Shown piece after piece: positions 18,647 to 27,927 of a stretch of 53,303 nucleotides of DNA. Source of the DNA: a virus (lineage: Duplodnaviria > Caudoviricetes); the IMG/VR virus record IMGVR_UViG_3300014656_000004, positions 1 to 53,303 of that record. The stretch is one strand, 5' to 3'. Positions within the stretch are counted from its first letter, which is position 1. Every line of letters starts with the position of its first letter. A program made the translations under genes and the position numbers. The notes under the pieces are model-generated. The model was not told the DNA's origin, ran no database searches, and saw only the letters and a list, made by a program, of their open reading frames with translations.

Positions 18647-18811
18647 CTATCCCACAACCCGTCCAGACCGCCGAATCAAACCCTGCCGCTTCAACTCTTC
18701 ATACCGCTTGTTGAAAGTTGCTATGGTTATTACTCCTTTTATAAGCAACCACCGTAAATCCGCTTCCTCTCGGGTAATCGTTTGTGGTCGAGGTCTGCTA
18801 CCTTTTCCCAT
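18647..18811 (-). CDS. Small basic protein (54 aa, MGKGSRPRP...)
   Basis: Translated by hand; AAGGAGG RBS. Confidence 0.7.
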   Translation of the reverse strand: MGKGSRPRPQTITREEADLRWLLIKGVITIATFNKRYEELKRQGLIRRSGRVVG

Positions 18812-18825
18812 AAAAATTACCTCCT

Positions 18826-19002
18826 TTATTCTGTAACCTTAAATGTAAATAACGGACGAACGTCAAATTCCCTTTTTTCAAGACACAATTCCGCCCAACA
18901 ACATTCATTGGAATATTCACAAACCATTTTCGTCCTAAAACAGGGGGTGTTCCCCTCCGAAGTCTGCAAGTCTCTAATCTTTTTTATTATTGTCTTATTC
19001 AA
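18826..19002 (-). CDS. Small Cys-rich protein (..LQTSEGNTPCF..C..CCW..C)
   Basis: Translated by hand; TTG start overlaps the upstream stop. Confidence 0.55.
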   Translation of the reverse strand: MNKTIIKKIRDLQTSEGNTPCFRTKMVCEYSNECCWAELCLEKREFDVRPLFTFKVTE

Positions 19003-19354
19003 GATATTTTCTTGCTTTTAATATAAAATCATAGTCTTCAAGAAAACCGAGTTTCTTATTACATTTATGGCAAAGTAATCCGCGAACTGCTCCAGTTTCA
19101 TGGTCAACCGATAGGCGTATTGCCCCAAATCTATTTCTACCTGTTTCCGGTAAATTACAGATAGCACAACAACCGTTTTGTTTGGTAAACATTTTGTTGT
19201 AATCTTCAACTGTTATACCATAATTGTACTTTAATTGGTATTCTCTCTCTTCCTTTTTATGTGTTCTTTTCCATTCGCGGTTGTGTTTCTGGAATCTCTC
19301 CTTATGCTCCAGGTAATACTTTCTATCATAGACTTTTTTGTCTTCTTTGTTCAT
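18995..19354 (-). CDS. Endonuclease VII-like protein
   Basis: YGIT..Y..M...Q...CAIC...VDH..G.VRGLLC..CN..LG. Confidence 0.85.
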   Translation of the reverse strand: MNKEDKKVYDRKYYLEHKERFQKHNREWKRTHKKEEREYQLKYNYGITVEDYNKMFTKQNGCCAICNLPETGRNRFGAIRLSVDHETGAVRGLLCHKCNKKLGFLEDYDFILKARKYLE

Positions 19355-20265
19355 TACAGGATAGGATAACTCCTTATTTCAATTTTGGGGGAAATATATT
19401 CCCGGCCCCCGATAACCTGTTCATAAAAAGGCCAAATCACAATTTTAGCGGTCATAAAAGCCCTTGCTGGATAACAGTTATTGGATTCATAAGTCCCTCT
19501 CCCAACGGAATGACTATCAAGCCAGCACCCTGGATTAAGAGCAAAACGATGTCGCCACAGCAAATCCGCAGGTAAATCCCCTCGTGTGGGAACATAAGCC
19601 ACCGGTTTCGGAGCTGAGTATGCAAATGTATGGGTATGACCACTAATACATATATCTGCTATTTCCCATTCTGCTTGCATTGCATAGAGCTTTAGGTGTT
19701 CCGCCGATACACTTCTCCCAGCCCCATAACCATGCCTGGCCACAACGATAACGGACGAGCTACTCTTTCCGCTATTCCTAATGAATCTAAACCGAATCAA
19801 AACCTCATCAGATAGATTAGGCACACCAAGGTTGTCACATAACATTTTTTGAATATCTTGGTTATACCATTTCCGTATGGCTTTTTCGTGATTCCCCTCA
19901 ATAGCTCCCAAAAGGATATGCTTTACAGGGTCAAGAATTTTAGTAATTCTTTTAACCTCGTGAGATGCAACATCAGAGAGTTTGTCCCTCACCTCTTCTT
20001 TATCCCCCTCAAGAAGCCAATCTGCCACGTCAGTGAAATCAAACCTCTTAGTATCCTTGGGTTTAACGGCATTAGCTGCATCTCCACCGAGCAAAACCCG
20101 AATATGACGATTGGGCATCCTATCCCGCTTAACTACCTCCCCAATCCATTTCCTTATCGCCAATTCATTACAATTAGATTTTCCAATGTGCATATCATAC
20201 AAAGGAAAAATCTCCACTCTGTCTCCACGTCCCTGACATTCTATTTCAACATTCAATAGTTTCAC
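19354..20265 (-). CDS. Calcineurin-like metallophosphoesterase
   Basis: DMHIG, GD, GNHE, HG, GHTH motifs. Confidence 0.88.
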   Translation of the reverse strand: MKLLNVEIECQGRGDRVEIFPLYDMHIGKSNCNELAIRKWIGEVVKRDRMPNRHIRVLLGGDAANAVKPKDTKRFDFTDVADWLLEGDKEEVRDKLSDVASHEVKRITKILDPVKHILLGAIEGNHEKAIRKWYNQDIQKMLCDNLGVPNLSDEVLIRFRFIRNSGKSSSSVIVVARHGYGAGRSVSAEHLKLYAMQAEWEIADICISGHTHTFAYSAPKPVAYVPTRGDLPADLLWRHRFALNPGCWLDSHSVGRGTYESNNCYPARAFMTAKIVIWPFYEQVIGGREYISPKIEIRSYPIL

Positions 20266-20275
20266 AAATTCTCCT

Positions 20276-20860
20276 TTAGTCTATTATTCTATAATATGTG
20301 CCAAGAAAAACTATTTCCGAATGGCGGGGACACCAAGGGATTATTTTTGCCGCTAATGGGTTCTTTCTTGGTGGCCCCCACTCAAAATCATCTGGCATCT
20401 TTGGCATCAAATCCCGAACCTCCGTCCAAAACATCCGGGTATCCGCCAATTTAATCTCTTTGTTTGGACTAAGATCAACTCCTAAAGCCATTCCAATCAC
20501 CGCCTCAAGCCTCTGCTCAAAAGCCCTAACTGGTTCATAATAGGCATTAATCAGTTTGGATTCGGGGATAGTTACACGAAGCAGTCCCTTCCAAGGACTG
20601 GTCAAATCCCCTATATAAGCCTCCGCAGAATCATGTAGCAATCTTGCCAACGGGTCTCCAGGTAAATCTGCATTAGCCATCAGCACACAATGTTGAGCCA
20701 CTGAATAAAACTGTTTGGCATGCCCCGTATATCTACACACATTCGCTAAAGCATGGGCAATGTCCTCAATACACACCATTTCCGGCTTAGGATTCAAAAA
20801 CTCAAACACTTTCCCTGTATAAGTCACGATATGTGTTATTTTCTTTGTCATTTCAGGCAT
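20276..20860 (-). CDS. HD-domain phosphohydrolase (5'-deoxynucleotidase YfdR-like)
   Basis: IEDIAHALANVCRYTGH...YSVAQH...LLHDSAEAYIGD. Confidence 0.9.
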   Translation of the reverse strand: MPEMTKKITHIVTYTGKVFEFLNPKPEMVCIEDIAHALANVCRYTGHAKQFYSVAQHCVLMANADLPGDPLARLLHDSAEAYIGDLTSPWKGLLRVTIPESKLINAYYEPVRAFEQRLEAVIGMALGVDLSPNKEIKLADTRMFWTEVRDLMPKMPDDFEWGPPRKNPLAAKIIPWCPRHSEIVFLGTYYRIID

Positions 20861-20875
20861 TTTCGTTCCTTTCTT

Positions 20876-21025
20876 TTATGTTTTCCCTCCTGTGAAAAAT
20901 AATAAACCGTTTACTACTGCAAGTAAAAATGCCGATATACCTGTTGCAATATTATGATTTCTTAAATCGACAATTCCCAAAACAACATACACAATAATTA
21001 AACCCACAATCAAACCAGTTCTCAT
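20876..21025 (-). CDS. Small two-helix membrane protein (49 aa)
   Basis: Translated by hand: MRTGLIVGLIIVYVVLGIVD...ISAFLLAVVNGLLFF. Confidence 0.6.
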   Translation of the reverse strand: MRTGLIVGLIIVYVVLGIVDLRNHNIATGISAFLLAVVNGLLFFTGGKT

Positions 21026-21026
21026 T

Positions 21027-21521
21027 TTAACCCTCTGATTTTTTCGGTAGTTTTGCTTTCAATATTTCATGCAACCACCCAGAAGCATTGAAAATACTTG
21101 CACAAAGGGAATCCTCTAATGTAACCGGCCCGTGATTATCCTCCGCAGAGAATCCTTGAGCGAGTAACCAAGTCGCCACAAAATGTCGGCCTAAACCTTC
21201 AAAATATACCTCAATCGGGATTCCTTTTTTCCAATTATCAAAATCCCTCAAAGACCCATCTGGTTGTTTCCTGTGTGCGTCCAAATACTGTACATATCGT
21301 TGCAATACAATGGGAGACAAAGCTCCCACATAGTTGAGTTTCCCACTATTGGTATCCCGAGTGGCTCCCGTCTCAAATTTACGTATTTCTGCGGAGGTTT
21401 TAGGCTTGAACTGAATACAAGCGATACTATCTCCCCCCGTAAAATTCCCGGGAAATTGGCAACCATCTAAACTGTCTGGCCTAAAAAAAGTACAATCCCC
21501 ACAAGTATATTTTGCTGGCAT
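21027..21521 (-). CDS. dATP/dGTP diphosphohydrolase (DUF5664-like) with N-terminal Cys motif
   Basis: RKFETGATRD...NWKKGIP...RH...FNA; start MPAKYTC has a GGAG RBS. Confidence 0.75.
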   Translation of the reverse strand: MPAKYTCGDCTFFRPDSLDGCQFPGNFTGGDSIACIQFKPKTSAEIRKFETGATRDTNSGKLNYVGALSPIVLQRYVQYLDAHRKQPDGSLRDFDNWKKGIPIEVYFEGLGRHFVATWLLAQGFSAEDNHGPVTLEDSLCASIFNASGWLHEILKAKLPKKSEG

Positions 21522-21540
21522 TTCTATTCTCCTAAAAAAT

Positions 21541-21822
21541 CTATTCCGTCCAAGACAATGTAATAGGACGGACTGTATATTTAACCCATTGCCAAGAAAC
21601 ATTTGTTTTTTTCGTCAATTCTTTTACTTTTTGCCTCGCTAATGTTCTGGTTCTAAAAAAGAAAGGCCGGTCCGAAAGACAATTAAGATAAAACCCGGGA
21701 AGCTCTCGTCCCACTATATACACTCCACAAGGCCCTGTCCAATCATTCCGTTCCCAGCGACTCATCGAATTTGCCCGAGTTGTATAATATAACCCCCAAA
21801 CCCGCTTTGTTTTTTTCGTCAT
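21541..21822 (-). CDS. Hypothetical protein
   Basis: Start/stop coupled to the upstream ORF. Confidence 0.6.
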   Translation of the reverse strand: MTKKTKRVWGLYYTTRANSMSRWERNDWTGPCGVYIVGRELPGFYLNCLSDRPFFFRTRTLARQKVKELTKKTNVSWQWVKYTVRPITLSWTE

Positions 21823-22256
21823 TTTAATTCTTCCTTTCCTAATAAAACTTCCACAGACAATTTTGGTATTTCCAAATAATAACAGGTAAATCCCGGAGCC
21901 TCGTATTTCCTAAAGATTCCGACTCCTTCAACTTTACCAAAATCCCCCGCCTTCAGTATAGTTTCAGGCAGATAAACCCTGAATCCCCCTTGTAATGGAT
22001 AAAGAGGAACTGTCCCAAGCCATTGAATATTCCTGCCATCCATCTGCGGGATTAAAATAGCCGCCTTAAAAACCGTATCCCAGGAAATAGGATGTACAAC
22101 CGTCACAAACAGAAAACCGTTGAATCCCACATATTGCTGCCTTGCCAATATCGGTTGGTCTTTTAGAAATAACCGTTTGGCCAATAAGTAACAACCTCGT
22201 GGTTTCCCTTGCGAAAAATGAGGACAAATCGAAATAGGTATCGTAACAGCTTCCAT
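21819..22256 (-). CDS. Hypothetical protein (probable start MEAVTIP)
   Basis: The GTG start given by the ORF track lies inside the tRNA-like T arm; the next ATG is at 22256. Confidence 0.6.
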   Translation of the reverse strand: MEAVTIPISICPHFSQGKPRGCYLLAKRLFLKDQPILARQQYVGFNGFLFVTVVHPISWDTVFKAAILIPQMDGRNIQWLGTVPLYPLQGGFRVYLPETILKAGDFGKVEGVGIFRKYEAPGFTCYYLEIPKLSVEVLLGKEELK

Positions 22257-22258
22257 AA

Positions 22259-22326
22259 AAGGATAGGTGGGAATCGAACCCACGCCCCCGGTACATTCCG
22301 GTGCTCTACCACCGAGCTTCTATCCT
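22259..22326 (-). tRNA. tRNA-like element / pseudo-tRNA with a truncated anticodon arm and no encoded CCA
   Basis: AGGATAG/CTATCCT acceptor, GCTC-GGTGGTA-GAGC D arm, CCGG-AATGTA-CCGG arm, GTGGG-TTCGATT-CCCAC T arm. Confidence 0.75.
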
Positions 22327-22358
22327 TAACCACGTGCTTTATTGCACTGAATTCTTTT

Positions 22359-22859
22359 TTACTCAATCGGTGGTGCTTCGGGTAGGCGTCCATCGCCCGC
22401 ATCGACCGGTTCAACGGAGGTTTCTGGAGTCGTATTAATGACATCAAGGATAAAGCAGTTGGTATATTCCTTGCCATTTTTCCGACTTATCGAAGTGCGA
22501 ACCTTCCCTCGGATAACCAAACCGACAGCAGCTTCGAGAACAGCATTGGCTTGACCAAGGTCGTTAATCGTGCCACCGGACAAAACATTCACGGCTCCTT
22601 TTAGAATACCGAATGCTCGGGAAGTGTAATACCCAACGCTGAATTCTTTACCGTTGAGTTGTTCATCCTGAACATCCTCAATTCTCCCTGTGAGCTTCCA
22701 CCATACCAAATTTTCCCCGTCCTTGCTGGAGGTTCCTTTGTCTAATTTGATGAGGGATATGATATATTCCCCATCGGGAGGCATCCAATCGGTGTAAACC
22801 TCCGCCTCCCTGTAGTTCTGATTATGCTCTGCAAGCATCTGCTCAAAATTCAAATCCAT
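22359..22859 (-). CDS. Putative single-stranded DNA-binding protein (DUF669-like)
   Basis: PPDGEY...GTSSK.G...YTN pattern, acidic tail, adjacent to the Sak4-like gene. Confidence 0.7.
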   Translation of the reverse strand: MDLNFEQMLAEHNQNYREAEVYTDWMPPDGEYIISLIKLDKGTSSKDGENLVWWKLTGRIEDVQDEQLNGKEFSVGYYTSRAFGILKGAVNVLSGGTINDLGQANAVLEAAVGLVIRGKVRTSISRKNGKEYTNCFILDVINTTPETSVEPVDAGDGRLPEAPPIE

Positions 22860-22877
22860 AACAGGTCTCCTAAAAAA

Positions 22878-23825
22878 TTATTTGTTTTGTTTTTTTGCAG
22901 CTTCAACTGCAACATTATAATTTCGGACAAACACATTCCACGCATTAACCCGTGGGATTTCAAATTTCCGAATCATCCCAGGAGCCGCTCTCCCCTTCCC
23001 TTCCCGCTCCGCTGTCGTATAGGAATCAAGGTAATACGTTGAGGACATTTCCGTTCCACAGATTACCTCAATAACCTGACCACTTTTAGTTTTCCGTTTT
23101 TCCTTTTTATCAATTTCCTGGTTGATACAATAAATCGTCAGCTTAAAATCACTACTTCGGACAATCTTGGCGGCAAATGAAGGAAACACAGCATCTCGGA
23201 CAACTGTTCTTTCCCTATGAGTAACGGGATTTGTCTCTGTTTTGGTAATCATGTGACCGACACAAGCCCACACAAATCCGGCTTCTTCCAACTCCCTCAA
23301 TCTCGACCAACATCGCTCCCGAATCATAGACCACCCATGTCCCTGACTACCGAATTCTGTAATATCATCGACACCTTTTTCAAATTGAAGCCGATTGACA
23401 ATCATTCCCACCCATTCATCAACGGTATCGACAGAAATCCGATGAACAAAGTGCTTCCCTCCCTTTCCCTCATCAATTAATTTTTGAGTAATCTCCATAT
23501 AGTGCTCGTAGTCCCTTATTGCAACCCGCATTGCTCTTGTTCCTATGATACTTTCTGCCGACTTGTCAAAATCCAAAATCAGGTTGTTCGGAATGCTTGA
23601 GTTAAATGTGGTTTTACCTTCTCCACTTGGTCCGACAATCCACAGGTTCAAATCCTCCGCAGGTTTAGGGTTATATCCGGTTTCGACCCCAAGTTTTGCC
23701 CAATCCATAGGAATCACCGGCACAGTATTAGGAGTTGCAGGCAATACCACATTTCCTTGTGGAGGTTTGACTCCCCCAGCTTGAACTGTTTGCTGAATAT
23801 TTTTTGGTTGTTCTATGGTTGCCAC
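22878..23825 (-). CDS. AAA_24 / Sak4-like recombination ATPase
   Basis: GPSGEGKTT, LILDFD, ISVDTVD, GHGWSM, VGH. Confidence 0.85.
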   Translation of the reverse strand: MATIEQPKNIQQTVQAGGVKPPQGNVVLPATPNTVPVIPMDWAKLGVETGYNPKPAEDLNLWIVGPSGEGKTTFNSSIPNNLILDFDKSAESIIGTRAMRVAIRDYEHYMEITQKLIDEGKGGKHFVHRISVDTVDEWVGMIVNRLQFEKGVDDITEFGSQGHGWSMIRERCWSRLRELEEAGFVWACVGHMITKTETNPVTHRERTVVRDAVFPSFAAKIVRSSDFKLTIYCINQEIDKKEKRKTKSGQVIEVICGTEMSSTYYLDSYTTAEREGKGRAAPGMIRKFEIPRVNAWNVFVRNYNVAVEAAKKQNK

Positions 23826-23836
23826 TGTATTCTCCT

Positions 23837-24499
23837 TTATGTAATCGGTAGTTTTGCCTTGATTTCTGCTACGGCCACTCGGGTCGAGGTATCTTGAGCC
23901 TTATTCATCAGTGTTTTGAAGGTATCAAGTAAATGAACATCTGGTTTGAAGGTTTTCTTCAAGTTCTCAAAACCCACTATCAATTCCGTAAGCTGTTTTT
24001 CCTTCTCTGATAATTCGGCCACAGACTTCCCCTGTACATCCGCCAATACCTGCTGATGTTCCTCTTTGGTTATGTCCCCGGGGCGTTTTCGCATAAGTCC
24101 TATGACTGATCCAAGACCGCCAACGCCCAAACAGCTTAATCCAAGAGTCACCAAACCATTTTCCCCGAATGTGGCCTGTTCCCGCTCCAATCCAGCCGTT
24201 ACATTGGGGACAGTTACCTTTTTGAGCAAACTATATTCCAGATTATTGTCCTCAACTAAATGTTTCACCTCTTGTGTCTTTATGGCATAAGCAGCATCCA
24301 CCTTCTCGTCCAGCAATTTAGCCTTGGCCAAGTTAGGATACCCGGCAAAATCATTCACATCAGCTACTCCTGCGGAGGTTACATACTTCACGGCATTTCC
24401 ATCCACAGTTGCCGGTGTAATATAGTAGGACAGCGGAACACATCCAATTCCTGCCACCAACAAAATCAAACTAACGACAACTATTGCTTTTTTCCACAT
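23837..24499 (-). CDS. Lipoprotein / membrane protein
   Basis: Signal peptide ending LLVAGIGC; second hydrophobic Gly-rich segment. Confidence 0.7.
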   Translation of the reverse strand: MWKKAIVVVSLILLVAGIGCVPLSYYITPATVDGNAVKYVTSAGVADVNDFAGYPNLAKAKLLDEKVDAAYAIKTQEVKHLVEDNNLEYSLLKKVTVPNVTAGLEREQATFGENGLVTLGLSCLGVGGLGSVIGLMRKRPGDITKEEHQQVLADVQGKSVAELSEKEKQLTELIVGFENLKKTFKPDVHLLDTFKTLMNKAQDTSTRVAVAEIKAKLPIT

Positions 24500-24639
24500 T
24501 TGTTTTACCTTTCATCTTACACAAAGTTTGCCACATATATTTTGGCATCTGCCCACAAAGCCGACACCGCACATATCTTTTTTGGCCGGGATAATGCTTC
24601 CAAAGATGTCGTCCTAATGTAATTACCCAACAAACTTTC

Positions 24640-25899
24640 CTATTGATTTTCAACTTTTCGTGTCTCCGTGAGGGTTCCGTCCTCAATGTAGAATCCGATT
24701 GTGTTTTCGTCGGTCATTTTCTCTATCCATACCTGATAATCCTTGTCGGTAATGAGTTTACCGATTGTCGCCAAGCTATCCTTATCGAGGTCATTGCCGT
24801 TAATCCGCAGGACTTTTAGTTCTGGGTTGAAGGCCATTGCAATCGCCACACAAATCTCCAATTTCTTGGCATCGTTCACCTGTTCCAGTGGAATCCCCTC
24901 AAATGCCAGCCCATCAGATTGAATCGTAAGTCCTTTAACTGGCATAATAGCCTCGGCCATTTTCCGTGCTTTACTGGCTTCCGTCATCTTAACTTGTTCC
25001 CCAAGGTCACTATACGCCTTACAATGTGTCTCATATTCGACCATTGCTTGTTTCTTGCGGTTATTCCGCCGAATAGCCTCATTGGTATCCCCCAAAGATT
25101 TTATTTTGGCTTCAACCTCCGCAGGGTTTTCCAGAATAGGGCTTGGTTTTATTTGCTTCTCTAATTCAGTTTTCATAGTTATAAGAGAAGCGACTTTCTT
25201 TTTCCATGCCTCAATCGCTTTTTGGGCAGCATCAATATCTTCGCGTATTGTCACTAATTGACTGGCTGTAACCGCATTATCTGTTTCAACTCGCTGACAT
25301 TGCTCGTTGTATTTTCGGATAGTCTCTAATTTTTTCAGTAATTCATCTGCACTTTGTTCCACCACAGGGATACCTGGCGTAAATGCAATGCTATCCACCT
25401 CGTAAAGTTTCCGTTCTTTTTCTTTCCGAACATCTGAACGTTCTGTTTTCAGAGCTTCAATTTTGTTATCGAACACGTCTAAATTCAAGCCGAGAAATTC
25501 CATCAAAGCATTTCGTTGTTCTGCGGGGGTTTTCTTCATAAAAGCCATCGGGTCAAAGGAAATAGCCCCAACTATTTTATCCAGAAAAGCCTGTGGACTC
25601 GAAACCTTGGATTTGGTTTCTCCTGTAGTTTCAACAGTTAAGGTAGAATTCGTCCCAAGGAATTTCCGAGTTACTTTATATTCCCCCATATCTATTTCCA
25701 CTTTTGCTCGATGTTCCCCAGTCTTAATCGGTTGTTTTGGAAGATTTCTGCCACCGCACAAGGCTGCTTCAATAGCATCAAGCACGCTACTTTTTCCAGC
25801 CGCATTCTTGCCGGAAATGATAACCATATTACCATCCGGCGTAATCTCCACCGCCGATAACTTCTTAAAATTATTCGCTGTCAGTTTCAGAATCTTCAT
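24640..25899 (-). CDS. SMC/Rad50-like coiled-coil ATPase
   Basis: MKILKLTANNFK...GKNAAGKSSVLDAI, central coiled coil, degenerate C-terminal ABC half. Confidence 0.85.
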   Translation of the reverse strand: MKILKLTANNFKKLSAVEITPDGNMVIISGKNAAGKSSVLDAIEAALCGGRNLPKQPIKTGEHRAKVEIDMGEYKVTRKFLGTNSTLTVETTGETKSKVSSPQAFLDKIVGAISFDPMAFMKKTPAEQRNALMEFLGLNLDVFDNKIEALKTERSDVRKEKERKLYEVDSIAFTPGIPVVEQSADELLKKLETIRKYNEQCQRVETDNAVTASQLVTIREDIDAAQKAIEAWKKKVASLITMKTELEKQIKPSPILENPAEVEAKIKSLGDTNEAIRRNNRKKQAMVEYETHCKAYSDLGEQVKMTEASKARKMAEAIMPVKGLTIQSDGLAFEGIPLEQVNDAKKLEICVAIAMAFNPELKVLRINGNDLDKDSLATIGKLITDKDYQVWIEKMTDENTIGFYIEDGTLTETRKVENQ

Positions 25900-26923
25900 T
25901 TTCTGGCTCCAATTCTCGGATTTTATATTTTGTTTCAAACAATTCCGGCCATCTTGATTTCGGCGACTCACACAAATCATAATAGATACATTGTGAACCA
26001 TATAGGAAGCAGTGGAATCTCGACGGGTCCCGACTATATGCTTCGGGAATATTTGGCCGACTCCCAAGATTCTGCATTGTCAACAATTCATGCATCAATT
26101 CCCAGGAGACTAATGGCTCATTGAACATTATGGCTTGAGACCGAATTGCAGCTGTACCACTTTCAGCATACCATTCCTTAACCCTGCGGAGGTAGGCTTC
26201 TTCAACATCGCAATTCCACAGTTTTGCATTTTTCTCGTCTTTGCCACAGAGCTTAATCCCTGGTTTCAAAATCCCATCCAGAATAAATCCTTTTAGGGAA
26301 GCAAAGTTTTTGTAGAAATCCTCGGCCAAGATTCGATATATCCTCGCTTGAGTTGACCAAGGAAACCCTGCGAAAATAACATCAAGTGTTTTCATCCCAG
26401 TGCTTTTATGGTCTCGAATCCAAATGTCTCCATTGCGGGTATCCTGGATGAGTTTGTCAATGGTTCCTCCTAACACCATCCCCTTCAATGCCCCATCTTG
26501 AATTATCATCGAATGTTTTATTTCGGTTCCGATTGTCTTTAGATAATCCGGAGTTGGATAACATTCCCAGAAGAGTTTGGCCATAGCCTCAGCCTTATTA
26601 TAAAGTGTCGTGAGTAGATTTGCCAGCCGAAGTATTTGTCCATCCAAGTCCTCCCCTCTATCAACTTGAGCCATCAAATCAGTTTGCATCTTGCGTACCC
26701 AAGCCTGCACTTCCTGTTCGTGGCCGGGGCCAAGTTGTTGGAACTTGTGATAAATTTTCCCGAGCGATGCTCCTTCTTTTACCTTGACTCCTCGCAACTC
26801 AACGCCCCATCTCTCTTTCAGAAAGAAACAGCGTTCACACCCATGTGCAAGAGATATAGATGATTGATGGCAGGTAAACGGCCTCATCTGAATATCTTCA
26901 ATTTTCATTTTCTGGCCTTTCAA
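25871..26923 (-). CDS. PD-(D/E)XK (RecB/Cas4-like) exonuclease
   Basis: GKIYH, GTIDKL...IRDHKS, QARIY, C-terminal Cys cluster. Confidence 0.85.
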   Translation of the reverse strand: MKGQKMKIEDIQMRPFTCHQSSISLAHGCERCFFLKERWGVELRGVKVKEGASLGKIYHKFQQLGPGHEQEVQAWVRKMQTDLMAQVDRGEDLDGQILRLANLLTTLYNKAEAMAKLFWECYPTPDYLKTIGTEIKHSMIIQDGALKGMVLGGTIDKLIQDTRNGDIWIRDHKSTGMKTLDVIFAGFPWSTQARIYRILAEDFYKNFASLKGFILDGILKPGIKLCGKDEKNAKLWNCDVEEAYLRRVKEWYAESGTAAIRSQAIMFNEPLVSWELMHELLTMQNLGSRPNIPEAYSRDPSRFHCFLYGSQCIYYDLCESPKSRWPELFETKYKIRELEPENEDSETDSE

Positions 26924-26946
26924 AATACTGTTTCATTCAAAACAGC

Positions 26947-26975
26947 ATTATACCACATCCAAAATCCCAAGTCAA
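26947..26975 (-). promoter_or_regulatory. Promoter TTGACT-N17-TATAAT
   Basis: Consensus-like with extended -10 TG. Confidence 0.8.
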
Positions 26976-26994
26976 GTCTTTTTTGGAAAAAATA

Positions 26995-27315
26995 TTAAGT
27001 TCGTGTCCAGGGAAATCGAGGTCTGAAAATCACGTAGGGGTCACAGCTAAAGATATGGGCAATATCATTCAATTCTTCCAATGTCATCCCCTCCTCTATT
27101 ATATTCTGTTTGGCATATTTTTCCCACATAGGATTTTTTTCTATTCCCCTCATCCCTAATAATCGACCCACGTCATTCCAAGTCATACCGAAATCTTCCA
27201 TCAACATTTCAATGGAATTTTTCAACTCAATCCGCATCCGCTCATAGCTTGCTTCCTTGAGCCTCCGCAGAACATCTTCACTGGTTTCACGATTAGGATT
27301 TATCACTTGTCCCAA
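26995..27315 (-). CDS. XRE-like HTH DNA-binding protein
   Basis: GMTWNDVGRLLGM...MTLEELNDIAHIFSC. Confidence 0.65.
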   Translation of the reverse strand: MGQVINPNRETSEDVLRRLKEASYERMRIELKNSIEMLMEDFGMTWNDVGRLLGMRGIEKNPMWEKYAKQNIIEEGMTLEELNDIAHIFSCDPYVIFRPRFPWTRT

Positions 27316-27488
27316 GCCTCCAAGAGTGTTTGCATTTTTTCGTAAAAATATCGGTCTGAAACGAGTATGACATCTGTGGGGATTACATTACCTGTATCGT
27401 CTGTATAGGTTTTGTCGGGGACAACAACTATTGGCGGCAACTTACGGGATTTTTCTTCAGACTTTTTCTGTTTATGTTTTGTTGTCAC
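27303..27488 (-). CDS. Small hypothetical protein
   Basis: GAAAGGAA RBS before GTG. Confidence 0.6.
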   Translation of the reverse strand: MTTKHKQKKSEEKSRKLPPIVVVPDKTYTDDTGNVIPTDVILVSDRYFYEKMQTLLEAWDK

Positions 27489-27631
27489 GGAATTCCTTTC
27501 TCAGAAAAACGGATGGGGCTGGAAACACATCTGTGAATCCAACCCCGTCCTGCGGAGGTTGAAGAAAAAAAGGGGCAAGTCCGTTCTTTATAGGGTGTTT
27601 GTAGTTTTTTAACGTCTGCCCCTACAACTAT

Positions 27632-27659
27632 ATTATACCAAATATTTGACATTAATCAA
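27632..27659 (-). promoter_or_regulatory. Promoter TTGATT-N16-TATAAT feeding a structured leader
   Basis: Hexamers plus extended -10 TG. Confidence 0.6.
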
Positions 27660-27927
27660 GCCCTATTTTATATAAAATTCCAATTTCTTTTGTATTTAAT
27701 ATTCGATATTGTGTGAGGGCTAACGCAATAATAAAGTCAACCTTTATTTTCATTATTTCTCCTTTTCAAATCGCCGATTACAAATTTTACAACGTTCATT
27801 TTGCTTTACTCTCTCGAAAAAGAATGCTATAAGACCCCCTGTTTTATATCCATCCCTTCCACATGCTGTTGTCATATCTGTCATGGGTTTATTGTTGGGA
27901 TAAAAATGGTATTTTTCTTTTCTAATT

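Noticed and set aside
19354-21521. 2-aminoadenine (Z) genome
   Set aside because: No PurZ/adenylosuccinate-synthetase-like ORF was recognised
22259-22326. Functional decoding tRNA or attP site
   Set aside because: No canonical 7-nt anticodon loop, so no anticodon can be assigned; no integrase was recognised
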